A stretch of 63,391 bases of DNA, filler included, from Octopus bimaculoides (GCF_001194135.2; 5 parts of 5 records of this genome joined end to end with filler, not necessarily neighbours in it), one strand, 5' to 3'; shown: positions 1 to 10,957, counted from the whole stretch's first letter. The notes: generated from the letters alone by a model not told the origin. Translations and numbers: made by a program.

Positions 1-84
1 GCGCGTGCGTAAATTACCGTTACCTTCAAATACCGTATTGCATATCTTTTGATTTGCAGACCTCCTTAGCACGATGTCAGAGGA

Positions 85-141
<57 letters not shown>

Positions 142-353
142 GGCTGGGTAAGGACATATACTTCTGTATGTGCATGCATATATGTGCATGCATATATGTG
201 CATGCATATACGCAAAAATATACATACTTATATACTTATCAGCACTCTCTCGTATGTATGTTTGTATGTTTGTATGTATGTATGTATGTATGTGTGTATA
301 TATATGCATATATGTATGTATGTATGTATGTATGTGTGTGTGTATGTATGTAT

Positions 354-542
354 AGGCGCAGGAGTGGGTGTGTAGTAAGCAGCTTGCTTACCAACCACAT
401 GGTTCCGGGTTCAGTCCCACTGCGTGGCACCTTGAGCAAGAGTCTTTTGTTATAGCCTCGTGCCGACTAAAGCCTTGTGGGTCGATTTGGTAGACGGAAA
501 CTGAAAGCAGCCCGTCGTATATATGTGTGTATGTATTTATGC

Positions 543-575
<33 letters not shown>

Positions 576-772
576 TGTATGCATGTATGTATGTGTGTGT
601 GTGTATATGTCTGCGTTTGTTTGTCACCCGAACATCGCTTGGCAACCAATGTTAGTGTGTTTACGTCCCCCGTAACCTAGCGGTTTGACAAAAGAAATTG
701 ATAGAATAAGTAGTAGGCTTACAAAAAATACGTCCTGGGGTCGATTTGCTCGACTAAAGGCAGTGTTCTAAT
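354..772 (+). mobile_element. tRNA-derived SINE family A
   Basis: AGGCGCAGGAGTGG...GGTTCAGTCCC head, MIR/CORE-like CACCTTG(G/A)GCAAG motif, internal (TATG)n, shared tail; many copies in window. Confidence 0.8.
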
Positions 773-2064
773 CTCCAAGTTAACTTGGAGGTTGTGTTAG
801 ACAGAGAATACTTCGTTATTTACCTTAAGAGGATCTCACATAAGGAGCAACATATACATACATACATACACACATACATATATTCATGCATACATACATA
901 CATACATACATGCATGCATGCATACATACATACATACATACATACATACATACATACATACACACATATATAAATAGAATGAGGCATGTCACCTCTAGGC
1001 TGAAACAGCTGTAAGACGTTGTCCCTTCTTCGGTCACTAGATGTCCTTTTTAATTTTTAATTACTGATATGACATAAAATGTCATATGTGTTTGTATATT
1101 GTTTTTATTGTCCTCTTAGTTGAAAAATAAAGAGGTAAATTGACATAATACAATGTCTGCAAGTTGATGAATACCACCTATTCCCCTCCATTTTCTTATT
1201 GCTACATACACACATACATACCTACATACATTTATATACATTTGAAGTAAAAAACTTACAAGGTCGTTTGCGAACTCGGTGCGACATTTTCTCCGTTTGC
1301 CGTTGAAGCACTTCTAAAGAGCCTCCATACACCAACTACCAGTAAAACACTGGAAAAAAAACTCATCTTAGATCTGTTACAATCAGTTCCGTTTCATTTT
1401 CTTTTACTAAATATCTCCTCTTTTGTCTCTCTCAGAATAAACCCGGCTGAAAAGAGAAAAAAACAGAAATGGAGATTTTGCTGTGTGTTTATGGAGGACG
1501 AGGCATCAGTTGTCGTCACCAGAATATGTTTATGCTTCAGAAAAAGCTGGATCGAATTTAGTTGTGTCACCCAACGAGGTGATGGCATTTGATGAGGAAT
1601 GAAAATGGATTAGCAAAGTTTTGGCCCGGTTTCTATAAAATATCAACACGTTTATAAGTTTGAGATTAAGTTTCAGGTAAGCCGTTGAAAAGGAACAACA
1701 AACAACAACAAAAAACAAAATAGATAACTCGTTGAATAACGAATGTTGATATGGGGGGGAGAATACACGCATGCACGTGCGCATGCGCGCGCACACACAA
1801 GTATCTCATCTTTATAATTCAATCATCTCACTTCTCCCTGTAACTCTTCCATCCACTCTCTCTTGGTGTGTGTGTGTGTGTGTTATATTTTAGCGCAGGT
1901 GTGTTTGTGTGGTAAGAAGTTCACTTCCCAATCTACATGGTTCCGAGTTCAGTCCTACTGCGCGGCAACTTGGGCAAGTGTCTTCTGCTATGGCTCCGGG
2001 CTATCCAAAAGCTTGTGAGTGAATTTGGCAGAGGGGAAACTGGAAGAAGCTTGTCGCGTACACG

Positions 2065-2099
<35 letters not shown>

Positions 2100-2100
2100 T

Positions 2101-2140
<40 letters not shown>

Positions 2141-2239
2141 CGCGCGCGTGTGCATGTTATATATATATATACATGCATACATACGTACATACATGCATAC
2201 ACACACACACACACACACACACCCACACATAGTTGAAAT

Positions 2240-2568
2240 TTAATAAAAGACGAATACAGGTGTATTAGTTTAACGCTCGGGAAGGTGAGAAAGTCTTTTA
2301 CGCTTCGAGCCTACGTTCTTCAACAGAAACGAACAGAAATAAACAGAGAGAGAATAAAAAACTTATAAATATATATATATATATATCCTTACATATCTCA
2401 CGTCTGTTTTCATTCCTCCACTTCACTCTGTATTTCATATCTTCTCTATTATAACTATTACTTAAACATTTTCTTGCACCGTCTCTGATGAAGGGATATA
2501 TAAAATATCCCGGAAGCAGCTGTAAGAACTTCACTTTATAAATGTTCTGAAAACTATTCACAGCCTTG
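2240..2568. mobile_element. Probable Penelope-like repeat remnant with hammerhead-like motifs
   Basis: Plus 2479-2529 CTGATGA-A-GGGATAT-ataaa-ATATCCC-GGAAG-CAGCTGTA; 2250-2315 homologous to 34795-34885. Confidence 0.45.
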
Positions 2569-3193
2569 NNNNNNNNNNNNNNNNNNNNNNNNNNNNNNNN
2601 NNNNNNNNNNNNNNNNNNNNNNNNNNNNNNNNNNNNNNNNNNNNNNNNNNNNNNNNNNNNNNNNNNNNNNNNNNNNNNNNNNNNNNNNNNNNNNNNNNNN
2701 NNNNNNNNNNNNNNNNNNNNNNNNNNNNNNNNNNNNNNNNNNNNNNNNNNNNNNNNNNNNNNNNNNNNNNNNNNNNNNNNNNNNNNNNNNNNNNNNNNNN
2801 NNNNNNNNNNNNNNNNNNNNNNNNNNNNNNNNNNNNNNNNNNNNNNNNNNNNNNNNNNNNNNNNNNNNNNNNNNNNNNNNNNNNNNNNNNNNNNNNNNNN
2901 NNNNNNNNNNNNNNNNNNNNNNNNNNNNNNNNNNNNNNNNNNNNNNNNNNNNNNNNNNNNNNNNNNNNNNNNNNNNNNNNNNNNNNNNNNNNNNNNNNNN
3001 NNNNNNNNNNNNNNNNNNNNNNNNNNNNNNNNNNNNNNNNNNNNNNNNNNNNNNNNNNNNNNNNNNNNNNNNNNNNNNNNNNNNNNNNNNNNNNNNNNNN
3101 NNNNNNNNNNNNNNNNNNNNNNNNNNNNNNNNNNNNNNNNNNNNNNNNNNNNNNNNNNNNNNNNNNNNNNNNNNNNNNNNNNNNNNNNNNNNN

Positions 3194-3245
<52 letters not shown>

Positions 3246-4109
3246 ACGCATATATTGCATGAATAAAAGTTTTGCCTAATTTATTCGATGTTTAAGATTA
3301 TGTCAACTCGCCGTCATCTTGTTCTTTGTAATTAGATTCTTGACATTCTAAGTTCAACTCTCATCATCGCCAACTTTCCGTTTTATATTCCCAAGGACGA
3401 TAAAAAAAAAGCACCTATTGATTGAAAAATGAATAAACCAAATTTCTCCACACTAATGTATGACCTCACATTTTTATTTTTAAAAAAATCAATAAAAGGA
3501 AGGCCTTTATCCTTTATCAGTTCGTAATGTCCACAGACAATCGACACGAAGTTTTGATCAATTTATGCTGTAAAGGGTGTTACTGAAGAATCTTACGGTG
3601 CTGGTGAAGGTAAAGCAGACGATAATGAAGTGAAGCAGACGATAATAATATCTTCATATAACTAATGTTCTATCGTTTGTCTTTTTTTTATTTCCCATAG
3701 TTAGCATCAAGGTTTGGACGAGTGCACTCCGTGCATTTGTGGTTAAAGCGTTTGTCAATCTGTAAAATATTGTATAAGAGTTTTGCTGCACCCTGTATAC
3801 AGACGGTCGATACTCTCATTCATTTTTCATGTAACGTAGATAAAGGAAATTAGCACCAGACCGGGGTCAAGCCTGGAGAGTTAATTGGCACCAGACCGGG
3901 GTCAAACCTGGAGTGTAAAACCAGGAGAAAAAGAATTTTTACAATTTACGAATGATATAAAACAATCAATCTAATTAAGAAACGTTAAACGGTTAATTTA
4001 CTTAAGAAACGTTTAAACCGAAGCAATAATTACATTCCAGTTCATTATCATGCTACAATCAATATATGTTACATTGACATTAAAACTAAAGAGACGCGAA
4101 AATGCATTA

Positions 4110-4182
4110 GCCTCCGTAGCCCAATGGATACGGCACCGGCCTCCTAAGCCGGGGATTGCGGGTTCGAGTCCCGTCGGAGGTA
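4110..4182 (+). tRNA. tRNA-Arg-CCT: tRNA-Arg(CCT) copy 1
   Basis: 73-nt cloverleaf GCCTCCGTAGCCCAATGGATACGGCACCGGC-CTCCTAA-GCCGGGGATTGCGGGTTCGAGTCCCGTCGGAGGTA; anticodon CCT; A/B boxes intact; two substitutions (A9, C22) vs copies 4/8; T-runs downstream. Confidence 0.9.
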
Positions 4183-4496
4183 TGATTTGACAATTTTGCT
4201 TTACTTAAATCTTTTTTTCTTGATATATGAGAGAATACACACATGCACGCACACACACTCACACTTACACACACACATACACATAAATATCTCATCTTTA
4301 TAATTCACTCATCTCCCTGTTTCTTTTCCATCCACTCTCTTGGTGTGTGTGTGTGTGTGTGTGTGTGAGTGTGCTTACTGCGCGCGCGTGTGTGTGTATG
4401 TGTGTGTTATATGTTTCAAGAGAAATCTCGAACGTAAGAAACAAAAAATCGGGTAAAATACTTCCATAGACGGGGGTGGGGGAAGAGGCTGAGCAG

Positions 4497-4569
4497 CCGC
4501 TACAGAGAATGGAACTCTGAATCTCATAAATTCCAGCTGAGCGCTCTCCTCAATTGAACTGAACGAACC
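4497..4569 (-). pseudogene. tRNA-like pseudo-gene/SINE head, divergent to tRNA-Arg copy 2
   Basis: Reverse complement GGTTCGTTCAGTTCAATTGAGGAGAGCGCTCAGCTGGAATTTATGAGATTCAGAGTTCCATTCTCTGTAGCGG; homologous to 6811-6884 and 8176-8248; D-arm-like and T-arm-like segments, acceptor stem unpaired. Confidence 0.55.
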
Positions 4570-4672
4570 TTGACAACCAATCCCGTCCCTTAGTTACAAG
4601 CTAATTATAACTCTTAAATTAATATATATAAGATTAACATTAAATATAAAGACAAGGGTGACTGATTCAGTA

Positions 4673-4745
4673 GCCCCCGTGGCCCTATGGATAAGGCACC
4701 GGCCTCCTAAGCCGGGGATTGCGGGTTCGAGTCCCGTCGGAGGTA
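4673..4745 (+). tRNA. tRNA-Arg-CCT: tRNA-Arg(CCT) copy 2 (variant, may be impaired)
   Basis: 73 nt, CCT anticodon; T4->C gives a C4:A69 acceptor mismatch and A14->T alters the A box. Confidence 0.75.
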
Positions 4746-5750
4746 AAGAATCGTTCTGTAAGATGAATTTTTTCTTTGTTTTTTCTCAATGAGGTGGGGG
4801 CAGGAAAGCATACTTGGTTGGAACTGCCTCCTACATCTTTTTTAACCACTTTTCTTTTAAATTAGATAGCAATCATTTTCTGTGGTCATTTCTTCATCCT
4901 TTAGCAGTGTAATTTGGAGTTAATTGTTTATTTTTTGAAGTCTGTTAGTCAGGAGAGAGGGTCTCCAAGACATATTGGAGGAGTGAATGAAGAAAGTATC
5001 GTCAGACCGGAAGCCTGGCCCATTTCTGGTAAACATTATGCAAGGTAGAGGTGGTATGGAGAGCGATAGGTTAACACTACCACCACCTTAGCAAACCACG
5101 GTGGGATTTGAACCCAGAAAATAATGAGCTGGAACAAATACCGCAAAATATTCGATCATATACGAGTTTACAGTTCGGTCAACGAACCACTCAGGAATGG
5201 TTCTTATTTATTGACTCTGAAAGGTGAAGCTAATCACGGCAGAATTTGAACTCAGAACGCCGAGTTTGCAAATATATGCCACAAAGCATTTTATCAGACG
5301 CTCTACCGATTATACCAATCGGAACATGTCAAACAATATTTAATTTCCTTCCTTCTACTTGCTCTACATATGTCTGCTCAGTACTGAAGTTTTTTCTTCC
5401 TCCAACCACAAATTATAAAATACAAGATGCATCACTCATCTGAAATGTGTTGATTCTATCAATTATAAATCTCAATAAATCTTTAATTATAAATCTCAAT
5501 AAATCTTTAATTATAAATCTCAATAAATCTTTAGACTTTTGTGAGCTAACAATCCGGAATATGATAACATCGTTTTGGATTAGATCTCTTTTAGTGTTTG
5601 ATTTCATCTGCCAATATTTCTGGTTCAAAGTTTTGGGATCGATAAAGCAAATACCAGTTATTAGGGCTGGATGTGACCGGCTTACCCACCTTCCTGAAAT
5701 TGCTAACATTGTGCCAAAATTTCAAACCAATATTCCTGGTTCAAATAAGG

Positions 5751-6420
5751 CAGCGAACTGGCAGAATCGTTATTGCGCCAGACAAAATGCTTAGCAGCAT
5801 TTCGTCCGTCGTTCCGTTAGGAGTGGAAATTTCGGCCAGGTCGCCTTTGCTTTTCATCCTTCCCGGGTGAATAAAATACATACCAGTTGAATACTGAGGT
5901 TGAAGTAAAATTGTTGACCCTGTGCGGAATTTTGAAACCAATATTTTTGGTTCAAATCACGAGACAATTCTTCAAGTCGGTGCTCCAGTATGGCTGCAGT
6001 TTAGTGACTGAAATAAGTAAAATATAATCCTTTCTACTGTAGACACAACACCTGAAATTGCGTATGTGTCTGTGGGGGTGGGGGTGGGGCAACCGATGAT
6101 AACGACCCCAGTTCGCAACTGGTACTTATTTCATCGACTCCAAAAGAATGAAAGGCAAAGTCGACCTGAGCAGTATTTGAACTCAGAATATAAAAAGCCG
6201 GAATAAATGTCTTTATACATTTTGTCCGAAACGCTAACGATTCTGCAAGCACGCTACCTTAAAGAAATCTGTGATAATAGTTTCAAATTTCGGTACACGG
6301 CCAGCAGTTCTTTGCGGAAGGGGATAAGCAATTACATCGACCCCAGGGCCCAACTGGTACTTATAAGGATGAAAGGCAAACTGGACCTCGGTGGAACTTG
6401 AACTCAGAACGTAACGATAA
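5751..6420. mobile_element. Three tRNA-derived SINE family B copies (+ 5751-5943, - 6029-6250, - ~6270-6420)
   Basis: GAGCTGGCAGAATCGTTAGC head, GAGTTCAAAT box, GTCGACTTTGCCTTTCATCC body. Confidence 0.7.
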
Positions 6421-6810
6421 AAAATCTATAAAAATGGTGTCATATTTTGGAACAAGGCCCAAGGGCTAAGTCGATTATATCGACCCCAGCGTCCAACTGG
6501 TACTTGTTTTGTCGGCCCTGTCTTTTAGCTTCAAGTTAATTATATCTTTAAAGACAAAGTCAACTGTAATAATGACATTTAAGCATTTCCATATTCGTTT
6601 TACTTATTGATGGCACCAAAATCTATTTTTGTATTTTTCTGGGTTGTTTTACTTTCATTATCAATCGGGCAGATACGTTTCACTCTAAACCAAAGATTAT
6701 CAAGAAACTTGTGAATCGAAATAACAATTAACATTTTAGAAACGACGGAAATCCCAAACGCAGAATAGTTGCAGAAACAGATTAGAGAATCGAGAAAAAG
6801 AGGCTAATTT

Positions 6811-6884
6811 GGCGCTACACAGAATCGAACTCTGCATCACTTAAATTCCAGCTGAGCGCTCTACTCAACTGAGTCAAACGATCC
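6811..6884 (-). pseudogene. tRNA-like pseudo-gene/SINE head, divergent to copy 3
   Basis: Reverse complement GGATCGTTTGACTCAGTTGAGTAGAGCG-CTCAG-CTGGAAT-TTAAG-TGAT-GCAGA-GTTCGAT-TCTGT-GTAGCGCC; intact T-arm and B box; TTTTT about 15 nt downstream. Confidence 0.6.
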
Positions 6885-6995
6885 TTGACAACCGAACCCG
6901 TCTCTTAGTTACAAGTTAATTATAATTCTTAAATTAATATATATACATAAATAACATCAACGTTAAATATAAAGACAAGGACGGTTAATTCAGAA

Positions 6996-7069
6996 TCCTC
7001 CATGGCCCAGTGGATAAGGCAACGGCCTCATAAGCCGGGTAATGCGGGTTCGAGTCTCCGTCGGAGATG
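6996..7069 (+). pseudogene. tRNA-Arg-derived pseudogene with anticodon changed to CAT
   Basis: Aligns to the tRNA-Arg copies; loop CT-CAT-AA; three acceptor-stem mismatches, A27:G43 mismatch, 1-nt insertion in T-stem. Confidence 0.85.
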
Positions 7070-7336
7070 AAACGTCATTCTATAAAATCCTTTCTTTGTT
7101 TTTTTTTTTTCTCACTGAGGCAAGAAAGAATACTTGGTTGTAATTGTCACATTATTTTTCCATCTTTTTTCTTTTAAAGTAAACAGCAAAAATTTTCTGG
7201 GTTTTTTTTTTCATACTTTACCAGAATAATTTGGAGTTAATTGTTTATGTTTTAAAGTCACATCCACTGGTACTTATTTTCGAAACGACGGATATCTCGA
7301 TGTATGTCTCGAACGCAGAAGAATTGCTGTGAAAAC

Positions 7337-8108
7337 GGATCTTTGTGGTTTTCGTCACGGTTTACAATTATCTTTTAAAAAATTTCGTAATGCATCATAT
7401 AGATATAATTTTTAACGCTGAATCCGGATTTGTTATTCATTTATTCCAGAAAAACTTTGCGAAAATGTTACAGGTGTTCAAAGTTTGAAAGCTCTCAGAA
7501 TTTTCAGCTAATCAGAAAACAGCGCATTCGTTGCCTCTTACATAATCAGGGTGTGGTGGGGGGATATCGGCATATCAAAACTGTAAACTAGCTACAGCAA
7601 ACAGTGAAAAGCAGGAAAACATTTGCGATCAAATTAAATATTTAAAAGCTACGAACAAACCAACAGGAGTTGCTAGAAATAACAATCAAAACATTAAAAT
7701 ATACACGAGTAAAATTAACATTAAAACATTCCTGAGCAAATTAAATATTTAAGAACAACGAACAGACCAACAGGAGTTGCTAGAGATAGCAGTCCGTGTG
7801 CGCATTCGCAACATCTTTGGTTACTATAGAAACAGACTTTTTCGCCACGGTGATATCTAAAATACTCGCTTCTGATTGGCTAAAATACTCAAATTTTGAA
7901 AATTTTAATAACTTCTTAATTATGGTTTTATAGGGAAAATGAATTTCATTTTTATAATCAGTTTACAAAACTTAATCCATTTACCAAATTTGAAAATAAT
8001 TGAAACAAAACTGTAAACAGTGANNNNNNNNNNCTTACATAATCAGGGTGTGGTGGGGGGATATCGGCATATCAAAACTGTAAACAGTGACGAAAACCAC
8101 AAAGGTCC
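7337..8108. mobile_element. Non-autonomous DNA transposon (MITE), ~31-bp TIRs, 8-bp TSD
   Basis: Left end GGATCTTTGTGGTTTTCGTCACGGTTTACA; right end TGTAAACAGTGACGAAAACCACAAAGGTCC (2 mismatches); flanks GTGAAAAC / GCGAAAAC; contains a small N gap. Confidence 0.7.
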
Positions 8109-8175
8109 GCGAAAACAAATAAAAGAATCGGGTAAAACACCTTCATAGACGGGGGTGGGGGAAGAGGGCAAGCAG

Positions 8176-8248
8176 CCGCTACAGAGAATGGAACTCTGTA
8201 TCTCTTAAATTCCAGCTGAGCGCTCTACACCATTGAACTAAACGATCC
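8176..8248 (-). pseudogene. tRNA-like pseudo-gene/SINE head, divergent to copy 4
   Basis: Reverse complement GGATCGTTTAGTTCAATGGTGTAGAGCGCTCAGCTGGAATTTAAGAGATACAGAGTTCCATTCTCTGTAGCGG; A-box-like TAGTTCAATGG. Confidence 0.55.
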
Positions 8249-8351
8249 ATGACAACCGATCCCGTCTCTTAGTTACAAATCAATTATACCTCTTAATTTA
8301 ACTTATTTAACATTAATGTTAAATACAAAGACAAGGATGGCTTACACAGAA

Positions 8352-8424
8352 GCCTCCGTGGCCCAATGGATAAGGCACCGGCCTCCTAAGCCGGGGATTG
8401 CGGGTTCGAGTCCCGTCGGAGGTA
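8352..8424 (+). tRNA. tRNA-Arg-CCT: tRNA-Arg(CCT) copy 4 (consensus)
   Basis: GCCTCCGTGGCCCAATGGATAAGGCACCGGCCTCCTAAGCCGGGGATTGCGGGTTCGAGTCCCGTCGGAGGTA; identical to copy 8; G1:U72 as in animal Arg-CCT; T-rich terminator region. Confidence 0.97.
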
Positions 8425-8638
8425 AAGTTTCTTTTCTTTCTTTTTTCTCAGCCTCTTTCTTAAACAGTTTCTATCTCTGTTGACTAACTTCACTCGTTGT
8501 ATTTATTTTGGTTGTGGTTATCTCCATTCCGAGATAATCAAAGAATATAAACGTAACCATACGTCACAGCTTGGACTAGAACGCTCGGTGTACTACACAG
8601 TCTGGCTACCAACCGTTTGTGGCATTTTCCCAACAATA

Positions 8639-8987
8639 CGCGCAGGCGTGAATATGTGCTAAGAAACTTGCTTCCCAACCACATGGTTCCGGATTCGGTC
8701 CGACTGCGTGTGGCTTCTACTATTTATTGCCTCGAGCCAACTAGAGCCTTGTGAGTGGATTTGGCAGAAGGAAACTGGAAAAAGCCCGTCGTATATGTAC
8801 ATGTTTGTGTGAGTCTGTGTTTGTCTTTGTGCATGCATTTGTCCCCCAGCAACATCTGATAACCGGCGTTGGTGTATTTACATCCCCGTAATTTAGCAAA
8901 ACAGACCGATGTCTGTTCGAGTAAAAGGAGGTGCCCCAGCGTGGCCGCAGTTTAATGACAGTTAGAAGTAAAAAGACAAAAGATAAA
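8639..8987 (+). mobile_element. SINE family A
   Basis: Head-to-tail homology with 354-772 and 52546-52937. Confidence 0.75.
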
Positions 8988-9142
8988 ATCCTATTCTTGT
9001 AATGTTCATTAAACGATTTAGTTCGGAAATGTTTCAACGTAAAAGTAAATAATACTTAATGCAATTAATCAGCAGCAATTAATCAGCACGGCCTGTGCTT
9101 TTTTTAGTTTAAAGTATAAGAAAAGCAACAGCGCGTGCAGTT

Positions 9143-9215
9143 GCCTTCGTGGCCCAATGGATAAGGCACCGGCCTCCTAAGCCGGGGATTGCGGGTTCGA
9201 GTCCCGTCGGAGGTA
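9143..9215 (+). tRNA. tRNA-Arg-CCT: tRNA-Arg(CCT) copy 5
   Basis: One substitution vs consensus (C5->T, T:G wobble); TTTTT downstream. Confidence 0.93.
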
Positions 9216-9640
9216 TGATTTAACGTCTTCTTTTTACTTAAATCTTTTTTTTCTTGATATGAGAGAGAATACACACACACGCACAATCACATTTACACAC
9301 CCACACACATACACACATAAATATCTCATCTTTGTAATTCAATCATTTCACTTCTCCCTGTTTCTTTTCCATACACTCTCTGCGCGCGTGTATGTATGTA
9401 TGTATGTATGTATACATGTTTTGTTTTTCTTTCCGTCTACAATTCCTGCTTCGTTTTATTAGAATAATTTATCAGAGATTCAAGTTCCGGAAAAAAAAGG
9501 TATACCATTTGTCCTCTTTTTGGCAATTTGCAGTGTTTGATTTTTGAAGCCCAGAATGATTTTACATTTAATAATTTATATTTCTGTATCTAAAGTAAAA
9601 TTTTGAGCAGTAGCAGCAACAACAACACCACCAACAACAA

Positions 9641-9842
9641 TTTCTACGATAGGCGCAAAGCCTCAGGTTTTGGGAGGAAGGGTGTAGTCGATTATATCGA
9701 CCACAATGCTCAGCTGGTACTTATCTCATGAACCTGGAAAGGATGAAGGGCAAAGTCGATCTCGGTGGAATTAGTTCAGAACGTAAAGCGGACGAAATGC
9801 AGCTAAGCATTTTGTCCGGAATGCCAGCGATTCTGCCAGCAT
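9641..9842 (-). mobile_element. SINE family B
   Basis: Reverse-complement homology to family B. Confidence 0.75.
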
Positions 9843-10444
9843 TCCCCACCACCACCACCACCATCACAACAACAACAACAATAATAATTTCTTTTATTAG
9901 ACACAGAAGCACAGATGAGGGGTGGGGGGCATCACAGGGACAGACAACAATTTGTGAAGGGATTTACATAGCTGATGGTGAAGAAGAAATGGAAACTACA
10001 GTGAAATGCGATAAAAGTCTACACAGTATCTACAGAGTATGTGATAACATGAATGATGCGGCCCTCCTGGTGTAAGAGAAACTCCAGCTAGGGCCACTCA
10101 AGGAACCCCAAAATCCAGGATTACATTGAACACCTCCTTCATAGCACTCCGTCGGTTACGACGCCGAGGGTTCCAGTTGATCCGATCAACGGAACAGCCT
10201 GCTCATGAAAATAACGTGTAAGTGGCAGAGCACTCCAAAGACACTTGTACCCTTAACGTAGTTCTCGGGGATATTCAGTGTGACACACAATGTGACAAGG
10301 CTGAATCCTTTGAAATACAGGTACAACAGAAACAGGAAGAAAGANNNNNNNNNNNNNNNNNNNNNNNNNNNNNNNNNNNNNNNNNNNNNNNNNNNNNNNN
10401 NNNNNNNNNNNNNNNNNNNNNNNNNNNNNNNNNNNNNNNNNNNN

Positions 10445-10494
10445 GCACCGGCCTCCTAAGCCGGGGATTGCGGGTTCGAGTCCCGTCGGAGGTA
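10445..10494 (+). tRNA. tRNA-Arg-CCT: tRNA-Arg(CCT) copy 6, 5' part lost in N gap
   Basis: Visible 50 nt identical to the 3' part of the consensus, including CCT anticodon and B box. Confidence 0.8.
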
Positions 10495-10957
10495 CTGATC
10501 TTTGTTTTTATATTATGATTTCACAAATTTGGGCAATTACATACCAGCAATGCAACAGAACTCAGTAATCTGCGTCATATTCTTCTAAATTCCTCCATAG
10601 TCTGCTGTATGTAAATGATCAAATATTCTTCCGTGAGATCTTTCTTTTGTCCGTTTCCCAACTCTGACATTCCGAAGAGTTATTCCGCTTTTATGAAGAA
10701 AGAAAAGGACAAGGAATTAAGCCATTGTTGCCCTTTGTAAAAGAATGTTTGTTCTCAAAATGTAATTATCTAGACTTTGTTCCCCAAATTACTTGCTCTT
10801 TGCCAGTAAAATCCAACCGTGACCATGGTGCAGACACATCTGGCACTTTGATAGTAGAATGTAGAAATCAATAGTCGAAATAACGCAGTCGCATCACAGT
10901 TAGCTACCATTCCGTATTGAAACCAAAGAGCATGACAGACATCTATGCTTGCAAGTA

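Noticed and set aside
5462-5533. 24-bp unit x3 (ATTATAAATCTCAATAAATCTTTA)
   Set aside because: Perfect head-to-tail minisatellite with no spacers; not CRISPR-like.
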